Shown: positions 37,211-47,087 of the stretch, piece by piece
Numbering within the stretch: the first letter of the stretch is position 1
How the letters are laid out: every line of letters starts with the position of its first letter
From: Porticoccus sp.
GTDB lineage: Bacteria; Pseudomonadota; Gammaproteobacteria; Pseudomonadales; Porticoccaceae
Assembly: GCA_036961395.1 (NCBI GenBank)
Contig: JBALVP010000001.1
Coordinates: forward strand, 21,666 to 85,665
Reading direction: 5' to 3'
Length of the DNA stretch: 64,000 nucleotides
Program-made: the position numbers and the translations under genes
The notes under the pieces: model-generated
What the model was told of the DNA's origin: nothing
Seen by the model: only the letters and a program-made list of their open reading frames with translations
Database searches by the model: none

Positions 37211-37591
37211 ATGTTGAGCACCCTGCTTAAAGGCAAGCTGCACATGGGCACAGTGACCCATGCGGAGCTGTGGTATGACGGTTCCTGCGCTATCGACTCA
37301 AACCTGCTCGATTTGGCGGGGCTGAGAGAGTTCGAGCAAATTGATGTCTATAACGTCAACAATGGCGAACGGATCACAACGTATATTATTCGTGGTGAGC
37401 CCGGTTCCGGTATTATTTCCATGAATGGTGCCGCAGCCCGTAAATGTCAGGTGGGCGATCAGGTGATTATCGCTACTTATGCCCAATACACCGAAGAAGA
37501 GATGGCGACCCATAAACCAAAGCTGGTGTATCTTAATGCGGATAACACGGTAGAGCGTGCCTCTAACACTATTCCTGTACAGGTGGCTTAA
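37211..37591 (+). CDS. panD: Aspartate 1-decarboxylase
   Basis: [11 protein letters not shown] self-cleavage site, [14 protein letters not shown]. Confidence 0.96.
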   Translation: MLSTLLKGKLHMGTVTHAELWYDGSCAIDSNLLDLAGLREFEQIDVYNVNNGERITTYIIRGEPGSGIISMNGAAARKCQVGDQVIIATYAQYTEEEMATHKPKLVYLNADNTVERASNTIPVQVA

Positions 37592-37667
37592 AGACCATAT
37601 GACGGGCGCTACCTTCTTCTTATTACCCCCCCCCTCATTTCCTTTTCAATCGGTGCCATTTTTGGAT

Positions 37668-37697
37668 AAAAAAAGCCGGTAGTGTCTAGCTACCGGC
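37668..37697 (-). terminator. Intrinsic terminator of prpE
   Basis: GCCGGTAG-N7-CTACCGGC preceded by A7 (U7 on the minus strand). Confidence 0.8.
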
Positions 37698-37732
37698 AGA
37701 AGTTACTGGGATAGAAAGGGAGTATGAATTCT

Positions 37733-39658
37733 TTAGTTTGGGGAACTTCGCAGAGTTTTTATTGCATCTTTAATTTCATCAAGAATAGCCGGATCATCAA
37801 TGGTAGAGGGTACAGAGTAGGGTTTCCCATCTGCAATTTGACGCATAGTGCGGCGCAAGATTTTGCCTGATCGGGTTTTAGGTAAACGCTGGACAACCAC
37901 TGAATTTTCACAACAGCCAATGGCTCCAATCTTTTCCCGTACCATCTGTTTGAGTTCTTGAGCCAGTGTGTTGGTATCAATCGTTACCCCATTTTTGAGC
38001 ACAACAAGTCCCATGGGTAATTGGCCTTTCAGTGGGTCCTCAACACCAATAACGGCACACTCTGCTATCGCAGGATGGGCGCTAACAATTTCTTCCATCC
38101 TTCCAGTAGAAAGACGATGTCCAGCCACATTGATCACATCATCACAGCGACCCATCACAAAGAGATAGTTGTCCTCATCGAGATAGCCTTCATCACCTGT
38201 AAGGTAATAACCGGGGTAGGTGTTGAGATACCCTTTATTAAACCTCGAGTGATTACCCCAAATAGTGGTCAGGGTACCAGGTGGTAGCGGTAGTTTAATG
38301 GCGATATTTCCATGATCTCCCTGTGGCACCGGCTCACCTGCCTCATTCAGGATGCTGACTTGATAGCCAGGCATCGGTACGGTGGCCGACCCAGCCTTTG
38401 TCGGTAATGTGCCGAGACCAACAGGGTTTCCAGCAATGGTCCAAGCGGTTTCGGTTTGCCACCAGTGATCAATCACTGGCAATCCTGTTTTATTGCGTAG
38501 CCATTCGTAAGTTGTAGGGTCTAGACGTTCTCCGGCGAGATAGATTCGTTCGAGCTTAGTGAGATCATATTTAGTCAACCCTGCCGCTTCTGGATCTTCC
38601 TTGCGTACAGCCCTGAATGCTGTGGGAGCCGTGAACATGGTTTTGACGCCATATTCTGCACAAACTCGCCAGAAGGCACTGGCATCCGGTGTTCTCACCG
38701 GTTTCCCTTCATAGAGAATGGTGGTGCACCCTGTGATTAATGGTGCATAGACAATATAAGAGTGTCCAACGACCCAGCCCACGTCTGAGGCCGCCCAGTA
38801 AACATCCCCGGGTTGAACATCATAAATAGTTTTCATACTGTAGCGCATAGCGACGGCGTGTCCGCCATTGTCACGGACGACACCTTTGGGTTTTCCTGTG
38901 GTTCCTGAGGTATAGAGGATATACAGTGGGTCTGAGCCTTTGACCGGTACCGGGTTGGCGGGAGTCGCGGTGTTATTCACTGAGATCCAGTCGAGATCTC
39001 TCTCAGGCAGCATGTCTGCTTGGCACTCAGGGCGCTGTAATAGCACTACATTCTGAGGTTTGTGATGAGCAACTTTTATGGCATCGTCGACGAGGGGTTT
39101 GTACGGAATAATCTTTCCAACCTCAATGCCACAGGAGGCAGTGACAATCACCTTTGGTTGGGCATCATCGATACGGACTGCCAGTTCATCTGAGGCAAAG
39201 CCGCCGAAGACTACCGAGTGAATTGCGCCAAGTCGTGCACAGGAAAGCATGGCAATAACAGCTTCCGGTACCATTGGCATATAAATTACCACCCGATCCC
39301 CTTTGGTAACGTCCAATGCTTTTAGTGCTCCGGCAAACAGGGCTACCCGATCCCTAAGTTCGTTATAGCTAAAGGATGCTTTGCTGTTTGTCACGGGCGA
39401 ATCGTAAATCAGGGCCGTCTGTTCACCGCGGCCTTGCTCAATATGATAATCGAGACACAGGTAGCTGGTATTCAATTCGCCATCCGGATACCAGCAAAAA
39501 TAATCGTTGTCGTCCTTGCTTAGTATTGTTTCCGGTTTTTTATACCAGTTAATGAGAGACGCTTGATGACGCCAGAATGACTCAGGGTCTTCCAGAAATT
39601 GGTTGTACTGTGTGGTGTAGGTATCGCTTACATTCATGGTGGCTACCATCAATTCCAT
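37733..39658 (-). CDS. prpE: Propionyl-CoA synthetase (AMP-forming acyl-CoA ligase)
   Basis: YTSGTTGKPKGVVRDNGGH, DHWWQTE, PKTRSGK; AGERLD is PrpE-type; start may be 39637. Confidence 0.85.
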   Translation of the reverse strand: MELMVATMNVSDTYTTQYNQFLEDPESFWRHQASLINWYKKPETILSKDDNDYFCWYPDGELNTSYLCLDYHIEQGRGEQTALIYDSPVTNSKASFSYNELRDRVALFAGALKALDVTKGDRVVIYMPMVPEAVIAMLSCARLGAIHSVVFGGFASDELAVRIDDAQPKVIVTASCGIEVGKIIPYKPLVDDAIKVAHHKPQNVVLLQRPECQADMLPERDLDWISVNNTATPANPVPVKGSDPLYILYTSGTTGKPKGVVRDNGGHAVAMRYSMKTIYDVQPGDVYWAASDVGWVVGHSYIVYAPLITGCTTILYEGKPVRTPDASAFWRVCAEYGVKTMFTAPTAFRAVRKEDPEAAGLTKYDLTKLERIYLAGERLDPTTYEWLRNKTGLPVIDHWWQTETAWTIAGNPVGLGTLPTKAGSATVPMPGYQVSILNEAGEPVPQGDHGNIAIKLPLPPGTLTTIWGNHSRFNKGYLNTYPGYYLTGDEGYLDEDNYLFVMGRCDDVINVAGHRLSTGRMEEIVSAHPAIAECAVIGVEDPLKGQLPMGLVVLKNGVTIDTNTLAQELKQMVREKIGAIGCCENSVVVQRLPKTRSGKILRRTMRQIADGKPYSVPSTIDDPAILDEIKDAIKTLRSSPN

Positions 39659-39703
39659 CAGATATATGATTTAGTGTGGATAAATTTGACGGGATGAACA
39701 ATT

Positions 39704-39715
39704 CGACCTAGGTAC
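39704..39715. promoter_or_regulatory. Putative CrbR/ErdR box between the divergent prpE and crbS
   Basis: CGAC-CTAG-GTAC, a variant of the GAC-N4-GTC palindrome seen before dcaP. Confidence 0.45.
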
Positions 39716-39780
39716 AACATCATTCGCCTAGAGATAACTTGCAACCGGCTTGTAAATAAACCAATCTTGCTGGTGTAGCG

Positions 39781-42700
39781 ATGGGGGAATACCTTATAAG
39801 CACAATAATTTCACAGCCTGTCCTGTTACTTTTGGCCCTAAGCTATGTCTTTGTTTTGGTCCTCGTTGCCCTGTGGGCAGAGCGCCACCCAGATTGGCAC
39901 AGCCGATTACACCCCTTTATTTACAGTCTCACCCTTGCGGTATATTGCAGTTCATGGACATATTTTGGTGCTGTAGGTACTGCGGCCAGAGGTGCCTGGG
40001 CTTATCTGCCAATCTATCTTGGCCCAATCCTGTTATTTGTTGTTGGATTGCCCCTACTGAAGAAAATGGTGCGTGTAGGCGTTCGCCAAAAAACCACCTC
40101 CATTGCAGATTTTATTGGCTCACGTTATGGCAAGCGCCAGGCATTGGCAGCACTTGTGGCCGTGGTAGCTGTGGTGGGGTCAATACCCTATATAGCGCTC
40201 CAATTAAAAGCCGTTTCTTTGGCCTGGGATACAGTGGCGGGAATGCAAAGTACTGACCCAATAGGCGGTTATCAACCGGACAGCGCATTAATTACCGCGA
40301 TTTTAATGGCTGTATTTTCTATGGTCTTTGGTACGCGGCATCTTAAGGGGCGTGAACGCAACCGTGGAATGATGACTGCTCTCGCTGTTGAATCACTGGT
40401 CAAATTACTGGCTTTGATTGCTATTGCGGTATTTGCCCTGGTAATCGCCACAAGGATAGATAGCTCAGAGTTCATTAGAAGTGAGATATTGCTAGGCCCT
40501 TGGATGGAAAATCCGATAGATGCAAGATTCATCACTACGGGTTTACTCGCTATGCTGGCAATCATTTGTTTGCCCAGACAGTTCCACGTGACGGTGGTCG
40601 AATTTCAGGATGACCGTGATTTGCGTATGGCGCCCTGGTTGTTCCCTCTGTACTTGCTGGCTGTTAGTGTAGTTGTTCTACCTATTACATTAGTAGGGCA
40701 GCAATTATTTAGTGGTTCAGGTGTTGCACCAGACACCTATGTACTTAATTTATCCATGTTAGGTGACTCCCAATTTTTAACCGCACTGGCATTTATTGGT
40801 GGTTTTTCAGCAGCTACCGGCATGGTCATTGTGGCAGCGGTGACACTATCCATTATGGTGTCAAATGAAGTTGTCCTGCCCTTATTATTAAGATGGAGAA
40901 AAGAGAAATTTAGGCAGGTTGATTTTCTTGGTAAATACCTTCGCTGGATTCGTCGTGGCAGTATTTTGGTTCTGTTGATAGCTTCTTGGGTGATGAACAG
41001 AATGTTGGTAAAAGATGAAAGCCTGGCATCCATAGGGTTGGTGTCTTTTGCCTGTTTTGCCCAGCTATCTCCCGCTTTAATTGGTGGTGTGTACTGGCGA
41101 AAAGCCCATGCTTTTGGTGTCTACGCAGGGCTCGCTGTGGGATTTTTATTCTGGTGGTATTGTCTGTTGCTGCCAACCATGTTGACTGCGGGTGATTTGT
41201 TACTGGTGAATGGTCCCTGGGGGATTGACTGGTTACGTCCTCAGGCTTTGTTTGGCATAGACTTTCTTGATCCGCTGAGCCACGGCGTATGGTTGAGCTT
41301 AACGAGTAACCTGATTTTGTATGTTGGTGTTTCTTTACTTGTTCGGGCCAGGGAGGCAGATGAATTCCAGGCAGATGTATTTGTTACCGCGCTTCAATTT
41401 AAAGCCTATGGCGAAGATGATTTTGAACTCTCTTCTATTCAGGTGGTTCAATTGCGTCAACTGCTTGAGTCCTTTGTTAGTCATGTGCAACACGAAGAAC
41501 TTTGGCGTGATTGTGAGGCACGTTATCACCAGCGTTTATTAGATAACGACAGGGCGCCAGTATTTGTTGTGCGGCGGATAGAGCAGTCTTTGGCTGCAAT
41601 TGTAGGGGCTGCTTCAGCACAGAGTACAATTGAGCTTCTGGAGCGAACAGAGCCTCTTCAGTTTCGAGACATTGCTGCTATTGTTGGGGATACATCAGAG
41701 CAACTTCAGTTTAGCCGAGGCCTATTGCAAAGTACGGTGGAAACCATTTCACAGGGAATCTGTGTAGTGGATGCTGAATTAAAAGTAGTGGCATGGAATC
41801 GTAGCTATGAGCAGATGTTTGATTACCCACCACGGCTGCTCTATGTGGGTTGTCCTATTGATGCAATTTATCGTTTCAATGCTGAGCGCGGTCTGTATCG
41901 GGACTCTGATAATCTGGAGCATCAGGTAGAGCGACGGCTAAAATTATTACGCAGTGGTGGTTCTCACCGATTTGAACGTGTTCTTCCCAATGGTACAACT
42001 ATTCAGGTTGTGGGAAACCCCATGCCCAATGGAGGGTTTGTGTCCACCTTCACGGATATCAGTGACTACAAGTCAGTGGTCAAAGCGTTGGAAGAAGCAA
42101 AATCTACGTTGGAGGAACGGGTAGAGCAACGCACCTCTGATTTATCTGAGGTAAATCAGGCACTGGAGGAGGAAAACAAATTACGGGCTTCTGCTGAATC
42201 AGAAGTCCGAGAAATGCACACTAGTAAAAGCCGCTTTATGCAATCTGCTAGTCATGATTTACTCCAACCCATTAGTGCTGCTAGGCTTTTTGTATCAGCG
42301 ATGCAGCAAAAGTTGCAGGGTGGTGATCCTACTGATCTGAGTGATCAGGTAGGCCATGTTGAAAAAGCTCTCGAAACAGCGGAGCAGTTGATATCAGCTT
42401 TACGTGAAATTTCCCGCCTCGACAGCGGAAAAATGCAACCTAATTATCAGCAGTTAAATATTGACAGTTTGTTGCAGGACCTCGCTACAGAATTTGAAGT
42501 ATTGGCGATTGAAAAGGGGGTTGAATTACACTTTGTCCCCTGTGATGTGTGGATTGAAAGCGATCCGCAATTATTGCGACGTATTTTGCAAAATTTCTTG
42601 AGTAACGCCATTCATTATACAAAGCGGGGTCGTTTGATTCTGGGGTGTCGCCGAACGAGTGATGGACTTCGAATTGAAGTTTGGGATACAGGACCAGGCA

Positions 42701-43323
42701 TCGCTCCCGATGCAATGGATCTTATCTTTGTGGAGTTTGAGCGTTTGAGTCCAGGGGTTACCAGTACCGACAAAGGTTTGGGGTTGGGCTTGACCATTGC
42801 CAAGCGTATGGCGGATTTACTCAGTCATAAAATTCGGGTGAAATCAGAGCCGGGAAAGGGCTCTGTGTTTAGTGTTTTGGTTCCCTATGGGAAAGCTGTG
42901 GCTGTTGCTTCTGTGGATAGTGGTAGAGCGCCCATACGCCCAGAGCTAAAGGGTGTTAGAGTACTTTGTATCGATAATGAAGAAGATATTCTTCAGGGTA
43001 TGAATAGCCTCTTAAATCAATGGGGCTGCCAGGTTTTGTTGGCAAAAGGTCAGGGGGAGGTTTTGGCGTTAGTCAATGGTCAACTGCCAGATATCTTACT
43101 GGTAGATTTTCATTTAGAGGAATATTTGACGGGCCTGGAACTGGTGAATGATTTGCCTGAAAAATGGCGCAATCTCCCCTGTATTTTGATCAGTGCTGAT
43201 AATTCTGATGAAGTGAGATTAAATGCAAAAAAAGCAGGGTTTTCATTTTTGCCAAAACCGATAATACCCAAAAAACTAGCAGAAAAAATGAGTTTTATGA
43301 TGGGTGATTCTTCTAGTAAATAA
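39781..43323 (+). CDS. crbS: SLC5/STAC-PAS hybrid sensor kinase CrbS/MxtR
   Basis: SSS-like TM domain (YSLTLAVYCSSWT, SIADFIGSRYGK, LPRQFHV), PAS, H-box ASHDLLQP, HATPase, C-terminal REC. Confidence 0.88.
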   Translation: MGEYLISTIISQPVLLLLALSYVFVLVLVALWAERHPDWHSRLHPFIYSLTLAVYCSSWTYFGAVGTAARGAWAYLPIYLGPILLFVVGLPLLKKMVRVGVRQKTTSIADFIGSRYGKRQALAALVAVVAVVGSIPYIALQLKAVSLAWDTVAGMQSTDPIGGYQPDSALITAILMAVFSMVFGTRHLKGRERNRGMMTALAVESLVKLLALIAIAVFALVIATRIDSSEFIRSEILLGPWMENPIDARFITTGLLAMLAIICLPRQFHVTVVEFQDDRDLRMAPWLFPLYLLAVSVVVLPITLVGQQLFSGSGVAPDTYVLNLSMLGDSQFLTALAFIGGFSAATGMVIVAAVTLSIMVSNEVVLPLLLRWRKEKFRQVDFLGKYLRWIRRGSILVLLIASWVMNRMLVKDESLASIGLVSFACFAQLSPALIGGVYWRKAHAFGVYAGLAVGFLFWWYCLLLPTMLTAGDLLLVNGPWGIDWLRPQALFGIDFLDPLSHGVWLSLTSNLILYVGVSLLVRAREADEFQADVFVTALQFKAYGEDDFELSSIQVVQLRQLLESFVSHVQHEELWRDCEARYHQRLLDNDRAPVFVVRRIEQSLAAIVGAASAQSTIELLERTEPLQFRDIAAIVGDTSEQLQFSRGLLQSTVETISQGICVVDAELKVVAWNRSYEQMFDYPPRLLYVGCPIDAIYRFNAERGLYRDSDNLEHQVERRLKLLRSGGSHRFERVLPNGTTIQVVGNPMPNGGFVSTFTDISDYKSVVKALEEAKSTLEERVEQRTSDLSEVNQALEEENKLRASAESEVREMHTSKSRFMQSASHDLLQPISAARLFVSAMQQKLQGGDPTDLSDQVGHVEKALETAEQLISALREISRLDSGKMQPNYQQLNIDSLLQDLATEFEVLAIEKGVELHFVPCDVWIESDPQLLRRILQNFLSNAIHYTKRGRLILGCRRTSDGLRIEVWDTGPGIAPDAMDLIFVEFERLSPGVTSTDKGLGLGLTIAKRMADLLSHKIRVKSEPGKGSVFSVLVPYGKAVAVASVDSGRAPIRPELKGVRVLCIDNEEDILQGMNSLLNQWGCQVLLAKGQGEVLALVNGQLPDILLVDFHLEEYLTGLELVNDLPEKWRNLPCILISADNSDEVRLNAKKAGFSFLPKPIIPKKLAEKMSFMMGDSSSK

Positions 43324-43384
43324 TAGATAAATCTATATTTAACGTTAATCCAAGAGTGTTTTTATCAGTGTTTTTTTGAGCCTT

Positions 43385-43410
43385 AAAAAAGCCCTCCATA
43401 GGAGGGTTTT
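43385..43410. terminator. Bidirectional intrinsic terminator
   Basis: A6-G-CCCTCC-ATA-GGAGGG-T4. Confidence 0.8.
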
Positions 43411-43679
43411 AAAGTAATATTTTAGTTGTTACGTATTGTTACGGTGTTTATTGCCATGTTGCCCGGATACCAATAACACCACCAATACTGTGGAAATCTC
43501 TAAAGTCATCCAGTGAAGTTTTTACATCAAGTTGACTGTAGGGTTCGATGATAACGTATCGTTCAACTATGTTATGGATAGCTTATTAACCAAGCAGGCT
43601 ACTCAACAGATTCTTTTCCTAATTGTTAATCAGGATTAGAATGTTTACTTTGTGATAATTAGCTAGCAGGAATAGCCCA

Positions 43680-44165
43680 ATGCCCTCTTTTGATATTGTT
43701 TCCGAAGTCGAACAAGAAGAAATTCGTAATGCTACAGAAAATACCCAGCGAGAACTTACCACTCGTTTTGATTTTCGAGGTGTAGATACCAAGGTTGAAT
43801 TTAAAGATGGTGAAGTGACACTTTCTACTGAGGCAGATTTTCAATGCCAGCAGTTATTGGATATGTTGCGAGGGAACTTGGTTAAACGAAAAGTTGACCC
43901 TTATGTGATTGATGTAGATGAAGAGGCTCTTCACAGTGGAAAAACCTTCTCCCTACAAGTTCGCTTTAAACAGGGAATTGACCAGCCAATGGCGAAGAAA
44001 ATAGTCAAGCTGGTAAAAGAAGCAAAGATGAAAGTACAAGCCGCAATTCAAGGCGACAAAATACGAATAACCGGCAAAAAACGTGATGACCTGCAGGCGG
44101 TCATGGCGCTAGTTCGGGGTGCAGACTTGGGGCAGCCATTTCAGTTTGATAATTTCAGGGATTGA
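43680..44165 (+). CDS. yajQ: YajQ family nucleotide/c-di-GMP-binding protein
   Basis: [29 protein letters not shown]. Confidence 0.96.
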   Translation: MPSFDIVSEVEQEEIRNATENTQRELTTRFDFRGVDTKVEFKDGEVTLSTEADFQCQQLLDMLRGNLVKRKVDPYVIDVDEEALHSGKTFSLQVRFKQGIDQPMAKKIVKLVKEAKMKVQAAIQGDKIRITGKKRDDLQAVMALVRGADLGQPFQFDNFRD

Positions 44166-44266
44166 TAAACATTGGCTGACATTATGGTGAATGGTTTAAG
44201 TCATAAATGGCACCAATAGTCGTATCAGTGTAGATCTTTTCTAAAAACGTATTAGGAGCATCGCAC

Positions 44267-44950
44267 ATGGGTGATCAACAGTTCCCTCGTTATAGTTTTC
44301 TAGGGCTATTTATCTCATTAATAGCATTGATATTGTTACCTCCTTTTTTTGGTGGTGATTTGGCGTTAATACAGAAACTAATGTGGATTTCGACTCTCTT
44401 GGCGGGGTTGTGGTTGGTAACACATAATCAGCGGTTATTGCTGATAGCTGGAGTTTTAGCGCTTCCTGTTTTGGTGGTAAGTGGACAGTCTATGGTAGGC
44501 GAGGGGACTGTTCAGTCATTGGGGAGTAGCTGTATCACCTTGATTCTTTTGCTGTTTATTCTTGGCCACTTATTACGCTTCGTTGTTGTCAGCAACCGGG
44601 TGAGCGGTGATCTTATCTTTGCTTCTCTCTGTGTCTACCTGTTAATCGGAGTGATATGGGCTTATATTTATTTGGTGATGGAGCTGGTTACACCTGGGGC
44701 ATTTTCCATCAATGAAGATATAGGACAAAGTCATTCAGCGCTGCTGCGAGAGTTGCTGTATTACAGTTATGTCACGCTCACCACGTTGGGTTATGGGGAT
44801 ATTTTACCGGTAACCTCTATCACCAGGGCGTGGGCGGCAATGGAGGCAATTGTAGGTCAGCTTTATTTGGCTGTTATTGTGGCACGTTTAATGGGACTTT
44901 ATATTGCGGCTGAGCTGAGGAATGTTGACGCAGAAGACTCCCAACCCTGA
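44267..44950 (+). CDS. Potassium channel family protein
   Basis: Pore and filter YYSYVTLTTLGYGDILP; several TMs. Confidence 0.9.
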   Translation: MGDQQFPRYSFLGLFISLIALILLPPFFGGDLALIQKLMWISTLLAGLWLVTHNQRLLLIAGVLALPVLVVSGQSMVGEGTVQSLGSSCITLILLLFILGHLLRFVVVSNRVSGDLIFASLCVYLLIGVIWAYIYLVMELVTPGAFSINEDIGQSHSALLRELLYYSYVTLTTLGYGDILPVTSITRAWAAMEAIVGQLYLAVIVARLMGLYIAAELRNVDAEDSQP

Positions 44951-45057
44951 TGTTGGGAAAGGCACTTTACTAGAAAATATTTGTTGATGAGGGCGGGCCT
45001 TGCCAGCTGTCTGCTCCGGTAGATATTTTTATTTGACGAATAGTTAAGGAGAGTTTC

Positions 45058-45639
45058 GTGATGAGGACGCTTCAACTAGTGATGCTTGTTTTGTGGGGGT
45101 TATCCGGGTGTATGTCATCTGCCCCGAGTGAACCTGAACAAAGTTACGCTAAAAAGTTGAGGTCGTCCTCGTCTGTTGTGGTCAGTAAACCTGGGTTTTA
45201 TCTCCCGAAGGGTGAGCCTATTGGTTGGTATTCAGATGTTGTTTGGGTTGACCCTCAGCAGATTTTATCAAATAAGCCATCCCTGCCTAATCACCTTCGG
45301 TCAGAAGTACAGCGTCAAATGTCTAACAAGGGGCATATGTTTATTAATACCAATAGTGCTGAGTATGTGATGTTGGCTGCCATCATATTAGGTGATATAT
45401 CGACAAGTGAAAGTGAAAGGCTCAATACGTTTTTTAATATTGACCCGGCCCTGAATAAGGCGTCAGAAGACTACGAAGTGGGCACGTTATTACTGGCTAT
45501 TGGTAAGCGAGAAGGCCATCGCGCACTATGGCGTGGTGCTGTACAAGTTTTTGTTGGGGAAGAGATTCCTGAAGCTGTAGGGCGACAGCGCCTTGAGCAG
45601 TATATTGGGACACTATTGGCCTCTATTCCCCAGAAATAG
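45058..45639 (+). CDS. DUF4136-like lipoprotein
   Basis: Lipobox LSGC; YEVGTLLLAI and LWRG motifs. Confidence 0.65.
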   Translation: MMRTLQLVMLVLWGLSGCMSSAPSEPEQSYAKKLRSSSSVVVSKPGFYLPKGEPIGWYSDVVWVDPQQILSNKPSLPNHLRSEVQRQMSNKGHMFINTNSAEYVMLAAIILGDISTSESERLNTFFNIDPALNKASEDYEVGTLLLAIGKREGHRALWRGAVQVFVGEEIPEAVGRQRLEQYIGTLLASIPQK

Positions 45640-45651
45640 GCATGATTTTCA

Positions 45652-46848
45652 ATGCATGATTATCCTGGCATTATCCTGACAGCACTGCTCATTCTATTAT
45701 TTGGATTATTTTCGCGGCTTGCTGAACGATCACCGATAACTGGCCCTATGTTTTTTGTCGGGGTTGGTCTACTTATCAGCCCATTGGGCTTCGATCTCTT
45801 CAACGCAAAGCCCAATACTACCGTGGTCAAAATTGTTGCCGAAACCACTTTGATTCTTATTCTGTTTGTGGACGCAACGATGATCCGATCTGCCCATCTG
45901 GGTAAGGTCTTAGCGGGGCTGCCCGCTCGGTTGCTGGTTTTAGGGTTACCGTTAACCATGCTTCTTGGCATTGTGGTGGCCAACGTATTGTTTCCCTCTA
46001 TGGACCTTTGGCTGATAGTACTGGTGGCCTTGATCTTGTCGCCAACAGATGCTGCTCTGGGGTTGGCTGTCATTACCAGTCCAAAGGTGCCCATTAAAAT
46101 TCGTGAAGCACTTAGTATTGAAAGTGGCCTGAATGATGGCATCGTACTTCCCTTGGTTCTTATGTGTATCGCAATTTTGGTGGAGGGGAGCCAGACTGTC
46201 GATGGCAGCGGGCGATGGGCTATCTTCATGGTCAAGCAGTTGACTATCGCTCCCTTGGTGGGTGGTTTGATAGGCTGGGGCGGTGGTTATCTGGTTGACA
46301 GGGCTGCCACTGCTGGTTGGATGAAAGATGCCTTCCAACGATTATCTGCATTGTCTTTGGCCCTTCTGGCGTTCGCAGGTGCAGAATTACTCCAGGGTAA
46401 TGGTTTTATTGCAGCGTTTTTTGCCGGTTTAATGCTTGGCGTGAAAACACCGGTAGTACGGGAGCGAATTCAGGAGTTTGGTGAAGCAGAAGGGCAGTTG
46501 CTTTCTCTCTTTATTTTTCTGATATTTGGTCTGGTGATGGTGCCCATAGTGGCAGATGTCTGGAATGCTTGGACTCTGTTCTATGCTCTGTTGAGCTTGA
46601 CGGTGATTCGGATGCTTCCTGTGGCCATCTCGTTGGCAGGTAGTGGTTTAAATTATTACGACGTAGGATTTATTGGCTGGTTTGGCCCCAGAGGTATAGC
46701 CTCAATTCTCTATCTATTAATCGCTGCTGGTGAGCTGGGGGTAGTTGGGTATATAGAGGCTTATTCGATTATTGTATTGACTGTATTGATCAGTACTTTC
46801 GCTCACGGAAGTAGTGCCTTAGTGTTGACAAAACATTATAAGATTTAG
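45652..46848 (+). CDS. Cation:proton antiporter (CPA1/NhaP-like)
   Basis: LSPTDAAL, IESGLNDG, WFGPRGIAS. Confidence 0.92.
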   Translation: MHDYPGIILTALLILLFGLFSRLAERSPITGPMFFVGVGLLISPLGFDLFNAKPNTTVVKIVAETTLILILFVDATMIRSAHLGKVLAGLPARLLVLGLPLTMLLGIVVANVLFPSMDLWLIVLVALILSPTDAALGLAVITSPKVPIKIREALSIESGLNDGIVLPLVLMCIAILVEGSQTVDGSGRWAIFMVKQLTIAPLVGGLIGWGGGYLVDRAATAGWMKDAFQRLSALSLALLAFAGAELLQGNGFIAAFFAGLMLGVKTPVVRERIQEFGEAEGQLLSLFIFLIFGLVMVPIVADVWNAWTLFYALLSLTVIRMLPVAISLAGSGLNYYDVGFIGWFGPRGIASILYLLIAAGELGVVGYIEAYSIIVLTVLISTFAHGSSALVLTKHYKI

Positions 46849-47087
46849 GGTGGATTGAATAAATACCCTTACAAAAAGCAATGAAATGAAATGGTGTTTC
46901 CTTTAATTGTTGTTCATTTTTCTTAACGTTTTTATTGATATTTTGTGTCGTTTTATAAGGAATTTGAAATGGAACTTTTATTGACAGCTAAGACTAGCTG
47001 CTCTCCTCAGTAGCACCTTGTATTTCCTCTAATAAGCGTTAGACTTCAAGTCAGACACAAAAAAATAAAAGTTATTGATCGAGGTGG

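Noticed and set aside
37626-37634. Intergenic C9 tract
   Set aside because: Between convergent gene ends, with no promoter or ORF to affect
43538-43560. GTAGGGT resembling the 5' end of Spot 42 sRNA
   Set aside because: Similarity stops after about 7 nt and no plus-strand terminator follows
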